DNA from: Macrostomum lignano
Lineage: Eukaryota
Direction: 5' to 3'
Assembly: GCA_002269645.1 (NCBI GenBank)
Contig: NIVC01000199.1
Span: 248,001 to 312,000, forward strand
Length of the DNA stretch: 64,000 nucleotides
Every line of letters begins with the position of its first letter. Position 1 is the stretch's first letter. Positions 25,689-37,542 of this stretch are shown one piece after another. The notes under the pieces are model-generated. The model saw only the letters and a program-made list of their open reading frames with translations. It made no database searches and had not been told where the DNA came from. The translations under genes and the position numbers were made by a program.

Positions 25689-26710
25689 TATCGCTGCCTG
25701 AAATTGCAGAAAACAATTTGTTTTGCATAATTGAAGTGATGATGGACAAAGTGAAGCAATATTTGCAGTATTTTCTTATAGCTATACTTATCTTGTATAG
25801 ATAATATCGAAATTATTAAATAAGTAATTATTTACTCAGCTAATATACTTGTATGAATTTGATTGGATTCAACTACTAAAGTAACAGTCAAATGATAAGT
25901 TACATTACAACAGTTAACTGTTTATTAAAGAAATAAATAAAGTTAAATGAAAATTAAACACTAGTTCTGCAACTGCAACTCTAAAAGTACGTGAAACTAC
26001 TCACTTTTAGATTATGACTTTGTTCCTGTACTTTTTGCTATCTTTGCAGACACACAAGATGTTGATGAATAGTTAATACTAAATGGTAATGGCCGGGGTA
26101 GCAATATTTTAATCTTGATTGTTTTCATGTTTTGAATATGCAGAGAATATGTATCAAACTTATTTTGAGTACTTTCTCAGCAAAATTGAAGACACACGCT
26201 CCTATCTGTAAAAATGTTAATACATATCGATTTCTTTAGGCCATATTTATGTAAAAGGCATTGTTTAACTTATTAATTGTCGTTAATTGCTTATTACCAA
26301 TTTTGAAACTGTTACCATATGATTCGACGTAGTGCAGCTAATTGAAATTATGATTTTTTAAGTCTTCATTAGATAATAACAGTTGTCAGTAATAACAAAA
26401 CAGTTTTATTTGTCTCAAATATTTTCTGTTTTATAGCGCAACATACTTTTACATTGTGTACATGTATATTAGCTTGTACAGTATGCGAAAGCTAATGTAC
26501 ATACTCGTACATTGGTAGCAAGTTCCCTTTCTGATAAATTAAAACTAATCTCTATTGCAGGCCAAGAGTTTCTGTTTGTCTATTAATAGCAGTGTGTTTG
26601 CCTGTGCGCGTACCGCGCAAAACATTGTTTGCTGCCCCCACTCCACTTATTGATAATAAATTGCATACCCCAGCCCAGCTGTACAAACGCACACTAAATG
26701 CATTTTTGTT

Positions 26711-26830
26711 TTCTCTCAAGTCTGCGCTTACCGCCAGAGAGCGAGCGTTGTTGTTCCAGGCGGTGGTCGGGACCGCGTCCTGCTGTACAGGGCGAGACCT
26801 GGCTACTAGCGGCTCCAGCTCCAACTCCAC
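26711..26830 (+). mobile_element. Degraded non-LTR retrotransposon (LINE) fragment, RT C-terminal region
   Basis: With a frameshift it reads RALLFQAVV-TVLLY-AETW, the xVxTVLLYxxETW motif of RTE/CR1-like LINEs. The same motif is at 46470-46530. Confidence 0.65.
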
Positions 26831-27180
26831 CGTACAAGTACATCAGGATTATGACGTTGTAGCTTTTATGCGTGTATACGATGCATTTGTACTTAGATCG
26901 TTCTGAATGCTTACTTTTAAATTTTTTAATTGATTATGAGGATGGCTTATCCTAGAGCTTAATTTGAATAAGTCTTAAGTCTACCAATCCATGCTTTTTT
27001 GACATGTTTAACTTAATGTGCTACAGATGTCAATTGTTTAACCTGCTCTGCTGTCTGTCCTTCTGAAATGGTTAATTATATTTTTTCACTACAGTTTTGT
27101 CTCCCAGTACGAGCGTAAAAAAACCACACAAGATATATATAAATTAACCAAGCACATCAGAATGCACAACTAATTTTTAC

Positions 27181-30100
27181 CAGACTGTGGATGACGCCTC
27201 CGATACTAAACACTTGTTTGCGTTCACAGCTCACAGGCTGAGAGCCTGACAGACTGACTGAGCTGTGGTTAATAGCAGCGTTCATCATTAAAGCGCCTCA
27301 AAACTGCAAGCGCCTCCAGCCATGGAGAGAATCGGGTCATAGACAGAATCGGGTCATAGAGAGAATCGGGTCATAGACAGAATCGGGTCATAGAGAGAAT
27401 CGGGTCATAAACAGAATCGGGTCATAGAAAGAATCGGGTCATAGAAAGAATCGGGTCATAGAAAGAATCGGGTCATAGAAAGAATCGGGTCATAGAAAGA
27501 ATCGGGTCATAGAGAGAATCGGGTCATAGAGAGAATCGGGTCATAGACAGAATCGGGTCATAGAAAGAATCGGGTCATAGAAAGAATCGGGTCATAGAGA
27601 GAATCGAATCATAGAAAGAATCGGGTCATAGACAGAATCGGGTCATAGAGAGAATCGGGTCATAGACAGAATCGGGTCATAGAGAGAATCGGGTCATAGA
27701 AAGAATCGGGTCATAGAGAGAATCGGGTCATAGAGAGAATCGGGTCATAGACAGAATCGGGTCATAGACAGAATCGGGTCATAGACAGAATCGGGTCATA
27801 GAGAGAATCGGGTCATAGAGAGAATCGGGTCATAGAGAGAATCGGGTCATAGAGAGAATCGGGTCATAGACAGAATCGGGTCATAGACAGAATCGGGTCA
27901 TAGACAGAATCAGGTCATAGAGAGAATCGGGTCAGAGACAGAATCGGGTCATAGACAGAATCGACTCATAGACAGAATCAGTTCATAGACAGAATCGGGT
28001 CATAGACAGAATCGGGTCATAGAGAGAATCGGGTCATAGAGAGAATCAGGTCATAGACAGAATCGGGTCATAGAGAGAATCGGGTCATAGAGAGAATCGG
28101 GTCATAGACAGAATCGGGTCATAGACAGAATCGGGTCATAGAGAGAATCGGGTCATAGAGAGAATCGGGTCATAGACAGAATCGGGTCATAGACAGAATC
28201 AGGTCATAGACACTATCGGGTCATAGACAGAATCGGGTCATAGAAAAAATCGGGTCAGAGACAGAATCAGATCATAGAGAGAATCGACTCATAGACAGAA
28301 TCAGGTCATAGACAGAATTGGGTCATAGACAGAATCGGGTCATAGAAAGAATCGGGTCATAGAGAGAATCGGGTCATAGACAGAATCGGGTCATAGACAG
28401 AATCGGGTCATAGAAAGAATCGGGTCATAGACAGAATCGGGTCATAGAGAGAATCGGGTCATAGAGAGAATCGGGTCATAGAGAGAATCGGGTCATAGAA
28501 AGAATCGGATCATAGAGAGAATCGGGTCATAGAGAGAATCGGGTCATAGACAGAATCGGGTCATAAAAAAATCGCATCATAGACAGAATCGGGTCATAGA
28601 CAGAATCGGGTCACAGACAGAATCGGGTCATAAAAAAATCGGGTCATAGACAGAATCGGGTCACAGACAGAATCGGGTCATAGGAAAAATCGGGTCAGAG
28701 ACAGAATCAGGTCATAGAAAGAATCGGGTCAGAGACAGAGTCGGTCATAGACAGAATCGGGTCATAGAGAAAATCGGATCAGAGACAGAATCTGGTCAGA
28801 GACAGAATCGGGTCATAGAGAGAATCGGGTCATAGAAAGAATCACGTCACAGACAGAATCGGGTCACAGACAGAATCGGGTCATAACCAGAATCGGGTCA
28901 TAACCAGAATCGGGTCATAGAAAGAATCGGGTCATAGAAAGAATCGGGTCATAGACACAATCGGGTCATAGACAGAATCGGGTCATAGAAAGAATCGGGT
29001 CATAGACAGAATCGGGTCACAGACAGAATCGGGTCATAAAAAAATCGGGTCATAGACAGAATCGGGTCATAGACAGAATCGGGTCACAGACAGAATCGGG
29101 TCATAAAAAAATCGGGTCATAGACAGAATCGGGTCACAGACAGAATCGGGTCATAGGAAAAATCGGGTCAGAGACAGAATCAGGTCATAGAAAGAATCGG
29201 GTCAGAGACAGAGTCGGTCATAGACAGAATCGGGTCATAGAGAAAATCGGGTCAGAGACAGAATCTGGTCAGAGACAGAATCGGGTCATAGAGAGAATCG
29301 GGTCATAGAAAGAATCACGTCACAGACAGAATCGGGTCACAGACAGAATCGGGTCATAACCAGAATCGGGTCATAACCAGAATCGGGTCATAGAAAGAAT
29401 CGGGTCATAGAAAGAATCGGGTCAGAGACAGAATCGGGTCATAGAAATAATCGGGTCAGAGACAGAAACGGGTCATAGAAAGAGTCGGGTCATAAACAGA
29501 ATTGGGTCTTAGACAGAATGTGGTCATAGACAGAATCGGGTTATAGAAAGAATCGGGTCATAGACAGAATCGGGTCATAGAAAGAATCGGGTCTTAGATA
29601 GAATCGGGTCATAGACAGAATCGGGTCATAGACAGAATCGGGTCATAGAAAAAATCGGGTCAGAGACAGAATCGGGTCATAGACAAAATCGGGTCATAGA
29701 CAGAATCAGGTCATAGAAAGATTCAGGTCATAGACAGAATCGGGTCATAGAAATAATCGGGTGAGAGACAGAAACGGGTCATAGAAAGAATCGGGTCATA
29801 AACAGAATTGGGTCTTAGACAGAATGTGGTCATAGACAGAATCGGGTCATAGACAGAATCGGGTCATAGAAAGAATCGGGTCATAGACAGTATCGGGTCA
29901 TAGAAAGAATCGGGTCAGAGACAGAATCGGGTCATAGAAATAATCGGGTCAGAGACAGAAACGGGTCATAGAAAGAATCGGGTCATAAACAGAATTGGGT
30001 CTTAGACAGAATGTGGTCATAGACAGAATCGGGTCATAGAAAGAATCGGGTCATAGAAAGAATCGGGTCATAGAAAGAATCGGGTCATAAACAGAATCGG

Positions 30101-30700
30101 GTCACAGACAGAATCGGGTCATAAAAAAAATCGGGTCATAGACAGAATCGGGTCACAGAAAGAATCGGGTCATAGAAAAAATCGGGTCAGAGACAGAATC
30201 AGGTCATAGAGAGAATCGGGTCAGAGACAGAGTCGGTCATAGACAGAATCGGGTCATAGAAAGAATCACGTCACAGACAGAATCGGGTCACAGACAGAAT
30301 CGGGTCATAACCAGTATCGGGTCATAGAAAGAATCACGTCACAGACAGAATCGGGTCACAGACAGAATCGGGTCATAACCAGTATCGGGTCATAGAAAGA
30401 TTTCGATCATAGACAGAATTGGGTCATATAAAGAATCGGGCCATGGAGAGAATCGGTTCATACAGAGAATCATGTCATACAGAGAGTCGACCCAGCGGAG
30501 GCAGCGGAGCCCTTCAGCTCGAAGCTGCTCACATTGTCAATGAGAACTGAGTCGGTTGCGACCGGCGGCTTGGCTTGGTTCACGTTGGCGTCGAACCTGG
30601 CGAGGATCAGCTTATTCAGATTTTCAGCGGCTGTTTTGACACTCAACATCACATAATTTGGCGCCATCGATGAGCATTTGACGATTCTGATCACACCCAT
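27181..30700 (-). CDS. Unidentified putative gene fragment: exons 30700-30481 and 27296-27181 separated by the 18-bp satellite
   Basis: GC3-rich open frame MGVIRIVKCSS...ELKGSAASAGSTL with donor GTATGA, then a phase-compatible second exon ALMMNAAINHSS...GGVIHSL with donor GTAAAA. No recognisable family; downstream exons not found. Confidence 0.4.
27322..30480. repeat. ~3.1 kb 18-bp satellite (AGAATCGGGTCATAGA[C/G/A]) with higher-order duplications
   Basis: About 175 units; diagnostic variant blocks repeat at ~473-bp spacing (28681 and 29154). Confidence 0.97.
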
Positions 30701-31130
30701 GTAGGGCAACCGCCGGGTCGCAGAGAGTGTACATTACTGATTATTAGAAAGCCAGGCCCGCTGTACTTATCATCAAGAGATGAAACTCCAGTTATTATTC
30801 CATTGATACATGTATTCATTTACAGTGAGAAGGTTCGTAAGATAAGAATAACTTTTTGATTTAAAACAATTCAGTTTAACCCTAAAAATAAAAGTGTACT
30901 TGAGACTTCGTCAAATAAAGAGCATACTTAACATAACGTCTATTCGTGGGCTGTACGTATACGTAGATATGGTGAAGTTACCAGTTCCAGTACACAATTA
31001 GTTTACAAAAAAATGACAATATGTTGCTTTGATTGGCAACGAGTCCCGGTTTTGTTTGTGTCCCGGTCGAGATACCATATTTGCTATCCGAACGGCGAGA
31101 CTTGAATAGATCAAGTTAGGAACTTTAGAG

Positions 31131-31420
31131 TCAACCAATCAGCGGCTGAGAGCGAGGGCAAACAGAGAGAGAGAGAGGCCCGTCAGCCAATCAGTGGCTG
31201 AAGGCGAGGCAAACAGAGGCCCGCAGCCAATCAGTGGCTGAGAGCGAGGCAAACAGAGGCCGTCAGCAAATCAACGGCTATAGCTGAGGGCGAGGCAAAC
31301 AGAGAGGCCCGTCAGCCAATCAGTGGCTAGCTGAGGGTGAGGCAAACAGAGATGCTCGTCAGCCAATCAGCGGCTAGCTGAGGGTGAGGCAAACAGAGGC
31401 CCGTCAGCCAATCGGCGGCT
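31131..31420. promoter_or_regulatory. Tandem ~40-50-bp repeat in which each unit carries an NF-Y-type CCAAT box (AGCCAATCAG)
   Basis: CCAAT at 31135, 31187, 31227, 31316, 31363 and 31408, plus one variant near 31267. Confidence 0.6.
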
Positions 31421-31684
31421 TTAGCGTTAAAGTTGCAACACAGCAGAACATAAATTTTTGTTGTGCCTGAATAAATATGTGAATAGTAAAGAGCTTCATC
31501 GTCCACAATCTGGCGCATCCTGGCATCTTTTAATGAGACAATCAATGAGATACCAATATCAGGGGTTTTAAAACCAATATCAGGGCGAATAAACATAGTA
31601 CATAAGGACTGTAAATAGTGCACAACTAAACAACTAAAGTGATTATTGGTAAAATAGGAAAAACATCAAAAAACACTTTCTCAT

Positions 31685-33658
31685 TCAGTCCCGCAGAAAA
31701 ACTACACCCCGAATAAAGGCCCTGCAGATGGGGCACGTCTTCAGCGACTTGGCGCACACTGAGCAGCAGGCCACGTGACCACAATCCAGCAGCATGATGT
31801 TCACCTCCTTGTCCATGCACACCTTGCACGTCTTCCAGTCGGTTGTGTCTCGGTGTCTCGGCTGTTGGTTCAGAGACTCTCGAATCTCCGACATCCTGCT
31901 CTCGAAGAACGCCTCCGGGTCCTGCGACTGCTTGCGCATGCGGCGGCTCTCAGTGAGCATGAAGTCGAGGAACAGCTCCGATGTGGCAAAGTCATCGCCT
32001 CGCTGTCTGAGATGCAGCTCTGTGAACAGTCTCACTTGCAGAGCGGAGAATCCGAGCTGAGTGAGCAGTCTTACAACGGGCAGGTCGGCTCTCGCTTTGA
32101 TGTCTCTGGCCTCGACTCTGAACTCGACTCCAGGAGTGACTGCGAGAGCCTCGTCTGCGCGACTGCTGCGGACTGCGGACCCGTCGACAGTCGCAGCACC
32201 AGCTGATGCAGTTGAGTCCATCTGTACCGATGCAGTGTGACGCTGAGCAGAGGCGCCACAAGTCGGGTGCTGCACGGGAGGCGACAGTCGGTGCACTGCC
32301 TGTACAAAGTCGCTACCTCGCTCCAACAACACGTGAGGACACCGAGGTGACCACCTGGCGTGCTCAACCCACACATCATCGTCGCAGCTCCACTCTCTCA
32401 TGCAGAGTCCGCAGCTGAAGCAGCAAGTCGATCTTTCGGCTTCCGAGTAGAAGAAGCCCGCCTTTGCAAGCAAGTACACTGGCTGCTGAACGAGAGCCGA
32501 GTGCAGAGACTGCGACCTCGCTTGGTAGGTCTCGAACTGTGCGTATTTGGCAGTCACACTCGATGGATCACTATCGAGACTGTGCTGCAGAGCGGACAGG
32601 TTCGTGAGCGCTCTCTCTGAGCACGCAGATCTCGCTACCTTGCTCGACACTGGAAGCTGAGGACGCTTCATCATGTCGAAAGCGACCAGCTCGTCGTCCA
32701 CAACGCGTCCTGCATTCGTTCCACGGGTTCCGCGTGTCGCCAGCGCCCACTCGTTTAGTCCAGCGAACTCCATCGGTGGTAGCTCAGCGACCAGCTTCAT
32801 GCTCCAGTCTCCGTTCACCATCACTGCTGCATCATCTGCAGTCTGATCACAGCATTGCACTGCCTCTACTATCTTTGCTGAAATCAAGACTCTTTCTGGC
32901 TCTCTGTGTTCTCGAGGCACGTTGCCGACCTCGACGAACAGAACGAACGGACAGGTGGAGAAGTGGCGCCTGTGAGCCTCTCGGACCTGCTCGCCCGCCT
33001 CCCAGTCCTTGAGCACACCCTTGCAGAATGCACACTTTACTCTGTCCGACTCCTGCAGGTAGAAGAATCCGTCAGCAGCCAGATCCGTCACTGACACCAG
33101 GTGAGCCGCTGTGAAGCTGGCATCCGGCAGGTGGAAGGACTGCCACCTGTTCTCCTCTCGTCTCATGTCCCACAGGTGTTGTGGAATCGAGGCCGGCATT
33201 CCACTCGTGTCCCATCGCTGATTGCGGAAGTCCAGAGTCTGCGGCACTGATGACGCTCTGCCACCAGGTGTGCTGTTGTTGTAGTACCGCAGTACCTTGC
33301 TCTTACCTGTCTGATTCACTGAGTTAGCCGGATTTTGTTCCCTTCGCCTCAGCTGGCTTGCAATTTCGATCCTTTTTTTCGAAAACCCGTGTTCCGAAGC
33401 CTGGAGTAGATTTGGCAGCAACTCAAAAGTTCGTGAATCTTTTAGTAAAGTCGGAATTTCTCCTTTGCTGGCACCGTCTGTGGAAATATTCAGTCCTGAG
33501 AGTTCCCCGAACTTTGCTTTGTTTCTTGCTGCCGTGTTCTCCTCTCTTCCAGATCTTTGACCGGATTTCAGCCAATTTTTTGTGTCGTCGACATAAAATT
33601 TCTTTCTTCTGGGGATTATTGATTGAAAATTTGAGTCTTGGTTTTGAAGTTGAGCCAT
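31685..33658 (-). CDS. Inhibitor of apoptosis (2 BIR + RING), copy 2, intronless, 657 aa
   Basis: Same BIR and RING motifs; near-identical to copy 1 from PTLLKDSR onward apart from divergent patches. Confidence 0.95.
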   Translation of the reverse strand: MAQLQNQDSNFQSIIPRRKKFYVDDTKNWLKSGQRSGREENTAARNKAKFGELSGLNISTDGASKGEIPTLLKDSRTFELLPNLLQASEHGFSKKRIEIASQLRRREQNPANSVNQTGKSKVLRYYNNSTPGGRASSVPQTLDFRNQRWDTSGMPASIPQHLWDMRREENRWQSFHLPDASFTAAHLVSVTDLAADGFFYLQESDRVKCAFCKGVLKDWEAGEQVREAHRRHFSTCPFVLFVEVGNVPREHREPERVLISAKIVEAVQCCDQTADDAAVMVNGDWSMKLVAELPPMEFAGLNEWALATRGTRGTNAGRVVDDELVAFDMMKRPQLPVSSKVARSACSERALTNLSALQHSLDSDPSSVTAKYAQFETYQARSQSLHSALVQQPVYLLAKAGFFYSEAERSTCCFSCGLCMREWSCDDDVWVEHARWSPRCPHVLLERGSDFVQAVHRLSPPVQHPTCGASAQRHTASVQMDSTASAGAATVDGSAVRSSRADEALAVTPGVEFRVEARDIKARADLPVVRLLTQLGFSALQVRLFTELHLRQRGDDFATSELFLDFMLTESRRMRKQSQDPEAFFESRMSEIRESLNQQPRHRDTTDWKTCKVCMDKEVNIMLLDCGHVACCSVCAKSLKTCPICRAFIRGVVFLRD

Positions 33659-34012
33659 TTGCTACAATGTCTAGCCAGCTGTGTCCGTGTCTTGGAGTTT
33701 TATGATGCACAGGGCTTTCCAAAGACGGATAAATTTGTCGTATTCTTTTCCTGAGTTCTTGAAGAGAACAAACTGTTCTAAGGTTTTCTTGGCTGTTTTT
33801 GGACTTTGTTGGAGACGTTTTTTCTGCTGTTATCTGAAATGTTACAAATACAACCACTTCTGAATAAACTTTTTCTTTTTCAAACTTTTTTAAGCCTCTT
33901 CGCAATCCCTACTGTTACTTTTTGAATTGATTTAAACTATGTTCCTGCATGTAAGAGTACTGCCCTTCAACTTCTGAAACCTCACGCTCAAACAGTCTAG
34001 AGAACTGACATG

Positions 34013-34905
34013 AAAACTCCAGCCCGCGGGCAACATGCGGCCTGCAAAGCCTCTCTACCCGACCTTCGGGTCGCTTGAAACTCACAATAGCAATCTGGCC
34101 CGCTCAAGGCTTGCGTCTCTTCTCAGCTGCCTTCTGTTTAATCTCTTCTCTTCTCCTCTCCTCTCCCTTCTCCTCTCCTCTCCCTTCTCCTCCTCTCGTC
34201 TCCCTTCTCCTCTCCTCTCCCCTCTCTTCTCCTCTCCCTTCTCCTCTCCTCTCCCCTCTCTTCTCCTCTCCCTTCTCCTCTCCTCTCCCCTCTCTTCTCC
34301 TCTCCCTTCTCCTCTCCTCTCCCTTCTCCTCTCCTCTCCCTTCTCCTCTCCTCTCCCTTCTCCTCTCCTCTCCCCTCTCTTCTCCTCTCCCTTCTCCTCT
34401 CCTCTCCCCTCTCTTCTCCTCTCCCTTCTCCTCTCCTCTCCCTTCTCCTCTCCTCTCCCTTCTCCTCTCCTCTCCCTTCTCCTCCTCTCGTCTCCATTCT
34501 CCTCTCCTCTCCCCTCTCTTCTCCTCTCCCTTCTCCTCTCCTCTCCCTTCTCCTCTCCTCTCCCTTCTCCTCTTCTCGTCTCCATTCTCCTCTCCTCTCC
34601 CCTCTCTTCTCCTCTCCCTTCTCCTCTCCTCTCCCTTCTCCTCCTCTCGTCTCCCTTCTCCTCTCCTCTCCCAGCCCTTTTCCTCTCCTCTCCCCTCTCT
34701 TCTCCTCTCCCTTCTCCTCTCCTCTCCCTTCTCCTCTCCTCTCCCTTCTCCTCTCCTCTCCTCTCCTCTCCCTTCTCCTCTCTTCTCCCTTCTCCTCTCC
34801 TCTCCCTTCTCCTCTCCTCTCCCTTCTCCTCCTCTCGTCTCCCTTCTCCTCTCCTCTCCCTTCTCCTCTCCTCTCCCTTCTCCTCTCCTCTCCCTTCTCT
34901 CTAAT
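34013..34905 (-). mobile_element. Second copy (inverted) of the hAT-like element with an expanded CTCCTCTCCCTT array
   Basis: The reverse complement of 34013-34130 matches 15085-15185 (CAAGCCTTGAGC, AGATTGCTATTGTGAGTTT, GAGGCTTTGCAGGCC) and is followed by ~770 bp of CT array. Confidence 0.6.
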
Positions 34906-35565
34906 CTGTTGGGGAAATTATGTTGTGTCCAGTTCATAACGGTTGATGACAGCCTCTACGGGTTCCTCACAGATGGCCATGGCGACCAGCAGGAAAGCTG
35001 CTGGCAGCAGGAAAGCTGCAGGAGGCAGGCTCGTAGACAGGCAGCAGGAAAGGTGTTAGAGACCCAATTGCCCATTTTGTTTTTTGACTGCTCCAGCCAG
35101 CAGAAGTAGCTGATGATTAGGTCAACATTTGGTCCCACTGAATCAGCCACTGATCTATCTGAGTGACCCGAAAACTTTCCTAAACAGGATTTGAGGTAGC
35201 GGATTTAATTACCTGATCGACTGCAGTCAAATCTTGAGCAGCTTCTTGCCCACAGTCTATATCGACTAGATCCTCTAGCTTCGAGCTAAAATTCAAAGAA
35301 AAATTCGATAAAAAGCATTAGTAGAAATACTCGTAGGTTCACGGAGGCTTAAAAAACCGTGCCATACTCTATGCATGTAGATGTAGCTGGCAGTTTTGAA
35401 ATGGAAAAAAAGTATTGCTCAGTGAAAACTGGAAAAATAGCTTGCATGGGGACTAATGATACGTGCATTTGTGCGAAGATTGGCCCTCATCATAACACTC
35501 CATCCTCGAGAAATTCCAAAACTTCACGCACTGGACTTGAAAAAACGCCCCTAAACTCGTGTACG

Positions 35566-35710
35566 AGAGGAGAAGGGAGAGGAGAGGAGAAGGGAGAGGA
35601 GAGGAGAAGGGAGAGGAGAGGAGAAGGGAGAGGAGAGGAGAAGAGAGAGGAGAGGAGAAGGGAGAGGAGAGAAGGGAGAGGAGAGGAGAAGGGAGAGGAG
35701 AGGAGAAGGA
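35566..35710. repeat. GAGAAGGGAGAGGAGAG array, inverted relative to 34140-34905
   Basis: Directly visible. Confidence 0.9.
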
Positions 35711-36674
35711 GTGGGGTGGGGCGGGTGAGTGTCCCTTAGGATCCAGGGAAGCGCAGCGAACATTAGAGGCTGCCCTGGCGATGCCTCTAACTCAGCCTAT
35801 TTTACGAGAGAAAGTGGTTCTAAAAATAGCTACAACATATTCAAATTCCGTGGAAATGCCACGGGCAGTCCATGGAACAGCCAAAAGAATTTAGTTCCAT
35901 GTTTTAAGGATTCTCCAATACAACTTAAGAACGTTTAAATGCAATTTTGTGATCCCATAAGATAATTCAGCTCGAACTAATTTAATTTCAATCGTTTTGA
36001 TTTAACAGCAGCTGTAGAGAGTGCGATTTATATACATGTACATTTGCTTGCACATGATGCTGTCCTTCCATCGTTGGGGGAAGTATAACAGAGCTATTTT
36101 GTTGAGTACAAACTGTTTTTAAATAGTTTATTCGTTTGACTTACCTTGGCTGTGAAACGCAGAAATTTATTCTCGAAAATAATGTTACAACAACGGTTAT
36201 AATGCAAATAGAACAGCTTTCTAAAACTATGCTTGCTAAAAGTTCAAAATTTGGTGTCAAAATTGAAATTGACATTTCAAAATCGGGAAATCATTCTACC
36301 AAGATCGGTAGAATGTACTCAGCGTGGAAGAATGTTGACTTATGTTTAGCCGTAAATCGACTAAAACTTTTAACAGTTCCGAAACGTCTGTTGTATTTCT
36401 GCTACAGTAGAGTCATTATATAACTTGTAGGTATAAAACATGCTAAATAATACAGCCAATGGCAATACTCGTAGATCTCTGATACGACAGCTAGCCAAGC
36501 CAATAGAAAAAACCGTCAGCCTTACCATATAGTTTTAAACTGCTAGTGCTATAATTATTTAAAAAATAGCATTGCCAACATTCTAACCGTATCAGAGTGA
36601 TGTTAATTCAACACCCAATGAATTGTAGGTAAGGATATCCCTAACCTATCTGATGGGGGTAAATCAATGCTTTG

Positions 36675-37130
36675 CGGCGCCTAAATGAGTGCCTGACTGC
36701 GGCACCTAAATGAGTGCCTGACTGCGGCACCTAAATGAGTGCCTGACTGCGGCACCTAAATGAGTGCCTGACTGCGGCACCTAAATGAGTGACTGACTGT
36801 GGCGCCTAAATGAGTGACTGACTGTGGCGCCTAAATGAGTGACTGACTGCGGCACCTAAATGAGTGCCTGACTGCGGCACCTAAATGAGTGCCTGACTGC
36901 GGCACCTAAATGAGTGACTGACTGTGGCGCCTAAATGAGTGACTGACTGTGGCGCCTAAATGAGTGACTGACTGCGGCGCCTAAATGAGTGACTGACTGC
37001 GTCGCCTAAATGAGTGACTGACTGCGTCGCCTAAATGAGTGACTGACTGCGGCGCCTAAATGAGTGCCTGACTGCGGCGCCAAAATGAATGCTTGAATGC
37101 GGCGCCAAAATGAGTGCTCGCGGCGCCAAA
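36675..37130. repeat. 25-bp minisatellite ACTGCGGCACCTAAATGAGTGCCTG
   Basis: About 17 copies. Confidence 0.93.
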
Positions 37131-37542
37131 CAGTGTTGCGGTTTTTGCTATAGTATGACTGTTAGATAAATAAGTTCAGCTATCAATAAACCTACGACAA
37201 AGAAAGCAGAATGTAGCAAATGCTACTTCACATATTTAGTCAGTAGCCATAAGTATGAACCAACAAAACATTACAGTTGCTCGTGATACCGAACACAATC
37301 TTGACAGAAAAGCTTTTGGTTACAACTTTTTAGCTCCATGTTTTTTCATACCTCCACTGCTTTGGGTCTATGGGGTATGAGCAGTGTTTTGAGTACATCA
37401 TTTTGATGTAGCTATTAAATATTTCATATGTAGGTAAAAATAACACTATAGCGAAAATGATACGACACTATCAGGTGCATAATTTTGTTCGTAACTTACC
37501 GAAAAGACGTGATGAATAACGAAGAATGACCAAGTATTTGTA

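Noticed and set aside
26552-26906. ORFs on both strands as a third exon of the orphan gene or a new gene
   Set aside because: The plus strand matches the LINE FQAVVETVLLYxAETW motif with a frameshift, and the minus-strand acceptor is weak.
34930-35110. Signal-peptide-like AAFLLPAAFLLVAMAICEE on the minus strand
   Set aside because: No start codon or clear acceptor; the hydrophobic stretch arises from a small local duplication.
34035-35894. Long SSPLPSP/ERRRERRGE ORFs
   Set aside because: Translation of CT/AG arrays.
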